Shown: piece by piece, positions 14,011 through 15,069 of the stretch
Position numbering within the stretch: position 1 is the stretch's first letter
Layout of the letters: each line of letters begins with the position of its first letter
Source: a virus
Direction: 5' to 3' (one strand)
Length of the DNA stretch: 15,069 bases
IMG/VR virus record: IMGVR_UViG_3300048080_000424
Span: 1 to 15,069 of that record
The notes under the pieces: model-generated
The model's database searches: none
What the model was told of the DNA's origin: nothing
The model's input: the letters and a program-made list of their open reading frames with translations, nothing else
Program-made: the position numbers and the translations under genes

Positions 14011-14103
14011 CTATAGGCCGGCGCGGATGAGGACGTGCACGAAGACGACGGCGAGGATGGCCGTCGGCAGGAGGAGGAGGAGCGCGCGTTCTATACGTTG
14101 CAT
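14011..14103 (-). CDS. Possible tiny membrane peptide (30 aa)
   Basis: The product is MQRIERALLLLLPTAILAVVFVHVLIRAGL. The SD (GGAAG) is weak. The ORF is flanked by two copies of TATAGAACG. It is not in the ORF track. Confidence 0.3.
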   Translation of the reverse strand: MQRIERALLLLLPTAILAVVFVHVLIRAGL

Positions 14104-14177
14104 GGCTTCCGTGTGTTCGTGGTTTTAGGGGGCGGCTCCGTTGCCGAAGCCGACCCCCTGCGCAGTACCCGCTGGGT

Positions 14178-14186
14178 GTAAAGACC
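14178..14186 (+). repeat. GTAAAGACC direct repeat, copy 1 (candidate integrase arm-type site)
   Basis: The exact 9-mer recurs at 14412-14420. The two copies lie roughly 110-125 bp either side of the tRNA-like core. Copy 1 sits in the loop/3' arm of the hairpin CTGGGT-GTAAAG-ACCCAG. Confidence 0.35.
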
Positions 14187-14266
14187 CAGGTCCCGGAGGC
14201 AGCGCCTTCGGAGGGAACCAGCGGGGGTCTGCCGATATACTAGCACCTGCGTGCTAGACGGTCACC

Positions 14267-14319
14267 TGGAGCGGGAGAAGGGGCTCGAACCCTCGACCCT
14301 CTGCTTGGGAAGCAGAGGG
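14267..14319 (-). other. attP core candidate: 3' half of a tRNA-Gly(CCC), from anticodon arm to CCA; not a complete tRNA
   Basis: The minus strand reads CCCTCTGC-TTCCCAA-GCAGAGGG (anticodon arm, anticodon CCC), then TC, then GAGGG-TTCGAGC-CCCTT (T arm), then CTCCCGC-T-CCA (acceptor 3' strand, discriminator, CCA). No GCGGGAG 5' acceptor strand or D arm lies upstream. Confidence 0.7.
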
Positions 14320-14332
14320 TGGAAAACGTTGT

Positions 14333-14355
14333 CCTTCTGCTGTAGTAGCAGAGGG
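14333..14355. repeat. Second copy of the anticodon-stem inverted repeat with a different spacer
   Basis: The plus strand reads CCTTCTGCT-gtagt-AGCAGAGGG here, against CCCTCTGCT-tggga-AGCAGAGGG at 14297-14319. AGCAGAGGGT is repeated exactly, 36 bp apart. Confidence 0.5.
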
Positions 14356-14374
14356 TCGTTTCGCTTCTGAGGTG

Positions 14375-14404
14375 TTGACGGGCGGCGGCGCGGTCGCGTA
14401 TCGT
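14375..14404 (+). promoter_or_regulatory. Sigma70-like promoter candidate for the plus-strand unit
   Basis: TTGACG (14375-14380), an 18-bp spacer, then TATCGT (14399-14404). It lies about 45 nt upstream of the SD-led ATG at 14448. Confidence 0.4.
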
Positions 14405-14411
14405 CTCGATC

Positions 14412-14420
14412 GTAAAGACC
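14412..14420 (+). repeat. GTAAAGACC direct repeat, copy 2 (candidate integrase arm-type site)
   Basis: The same 9-mer as at 14178-14186. It lies just downstream of the putative early promoter. Confidence 0.35.
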
Positions 14421-14447
14421 TGGTGACCGGGCGACAAAGGAGGCAGC

Positions 14448-14945
14448 ATGCCGGAGCCTGTTCGTCGGCTAACCGACGGCCATCAGCCGCCGCTCGTTCG
14501 TTCGATTCCTGGTGGCTCACGCGCGCGATCTGAACGAAGTGATCTGAACGAAAGAAAGAGTGAAAATTCGTTCCTTCGTTCCTTCCCTCAGATCGTTCCT
14601 TCAGATCGGCCGCGCCCGCGGCGGCGTTTGACGCCGACGGGCGCGCGGGTCGCGCGTTGGCTGGAGCGCTGGGTCCCTGTGGAACGTTACGACGGGCCGG
14701 TGCACACGCTGCCAGAGGGCGACGCGACGTTCTATGGTGCGCGCGGTTTTCTTCTCTGCTACGGCGAAGAGCTGGTGCTGACGGCGTTGGCGGACCTGTT
14801 CGTTGATTACGATCCGGAGACCGTCGAGTGGACGTTGCCGCGCGGCGCCCGCTGGCGTGTTCGGTGCTGGCGTCCGGAGATCTATCACCCGGCGCGTTAC
14901 CTGAACTTCTACGTGAAGCAGCTGCGGGGGCTAGCCGATGGCTAA
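14448..14945 (+). CDS. Hypothetical protein (165 aa); N-terminal third doubtful
   Basis: A strong SD, AAAGGAGG, lies 4 nt before ATG 14448. The C-terminal ~105 aa (ARWLERWVPVERYDGPVHTLPEGDATFYGARGFLLCYGEELVLTALADLFVDYDPETVEW...) has G/C-rich third positions. The first ~60 codons have weak third-position bias and contain the GATCTGAA dyad. An in-frame TTG at 14628 is an alternative start without an SD. Confidence 0.55.
   Translation: MPEPVRRLTDGHQPPLVRSIPGGSRARSERSDLNERKSENSFLRSFPQIVPSDRPRPRRRLTPTGARVARWLERWVPVERYDGPVHTLPEGDATFYGARGFLLCYGEELVLTALADLFVDYDPETVEWTLPRGARWRVRCWRPEIYHPARYLNFYVKQLRGLADG
14526..14608. promoter_or_regulatory. 83-bp imperfect palindrome carrying four GATCTGA(A/G) sites around an AT-rich centre
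   Basis: GATCTGAA occurs at 14527-14534 and 14541-14548. Inverted copies are CTCAGATC at 14587-14594 and TTCAGATC at 14600-14607. The dyad centre is at about 14567 in gagtgaaaattcg. TTCGTTCC occurs in tandem at 14567-14582. Confidence 0.5.
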
Positions 14946-15069
14946 GGCGTTGGTGCTTGAGCGCTTCGGCATGGCGACCGAGTCGTCGCGTGAGCAGCAC
15001 GTCGTTGCGCGCGTCGATATGCTGGTCGACTGGACAGTGGTTGGCGAATCGTTCTGCGGCCGGTCGACC
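14938..15069 (+). CDS. 5' part of the 80-aa closure-spanning ORF (continues as 1-238)
   Basis: ATG 14938 overlaps the TAA of the 165-aa ORF (ATGGCTAA). The ORF runs off the window end in frame and resumes at position 1. Confidence 0.6.
   Translation, partial: MAKALVLERFGMATESSREQHVVARVDMLVDWTVVGESFCGRST
14943..15069. repeat. Terminal direct repeat, copy 2 (exact duplicate of 1-127)
   Basis: Same comparison as copy 1. An ORF reads straight through the closure point. Confidence 0.95.

Larger units (their letters stand above)
1..14942. mobile_element. One complete unit of a small temperate tailed-phage-like element (integrase, attP, packaging, capsid, tail hub/spike, lysis)
   Basis: The ends are self-closing. 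The unit carries int plus a tRNA-fragment attP, terL, portal, scaffold, capsid, hub-like and spike-like proteins, and a holin-like peptide plus amidase. Genes are packed with overlapping stop/start codons. Confidence 0.7.

Noticed and set aside
14267-14345. A complete tRNA-Gly gene
   Set aside because: Only the anticodon arm, T arm and acceptor 3' strand are present. The sequence where the 5' acceptor strand (GCGGGAG) and D arm should be reads AGCAGAAGGACAACGTTTTCCA instead.
14254-15000. 248-aa minus-strand ORF, plus 14240-14449 (-) and 14601-14888 (-)
   Set aside because: They are R/A/P/S-rich shadows running through the attP region, the promoter and the plus-strand ORF. They have no plausible start context.
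1-15069. CRISPR arrays, rRNA, retron or DGR components, toxin-antitoxin pairs
   Set aside because: No regularly spaced repeats, rRNA-like conserved blocks, reverse transcriptase motifs or recognisable toxin/antitoxin families were seen on either strand.

Overview
Bases 1-127 are an exact copy of 14943-15069. The window is therefore one self-closing 14,942-bp unit plus a 127-bp overlap, most simply a circular (or terminally redundant) replicon recovered whole. It reads as a very small, clearly GC-rich, temperate tailed-phage-like genome with about 30 tightly packed genes in two convergent transcription units. The plus-strand unit runs 14448 -> closure point -> 2007. It has a sigma70-like promoter, a 165-aa ORF, an 80-aa ORF that crosses the closure point, a tyrosine integrase, and four small ORFs (two Cys/zinc-finger-like, one membrane). 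The minus-strand unit runs 14103 -> 2173. In order it encodes small membrane and hypothetical ORFs, a possible small terminase, a DNRLRE-like protein, an adaptor-like protein, a 646-aa BNR/hub-like tail protein, a gpV-like mini spike, a holin-like peptide plus amidase endolysin, scaffold, HK97-type major capsid, a zinc ribbon, portal and large terminase. These are followed by an 805-bp ORF-poor, hairpin-rich gap and a terminal cluster of small cysteine-rich ORFs. Between the two units lies a likely attP, the 3' half of a tRNA-Gly(CCC) with flanking repeats. Most worth a second look are the 805-bp gap after terL, the cysteine-rich mini-ORF cluster, a four-site GATCTGAA dyad inside the first early ORF, the inverted late-gene order, and the lack of any recognisable replication or repressor gene. 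No rRNA, complete tRNA or CRISPR array was seen. All functional calls come from motif recognition by eye; no searches or computations were run.
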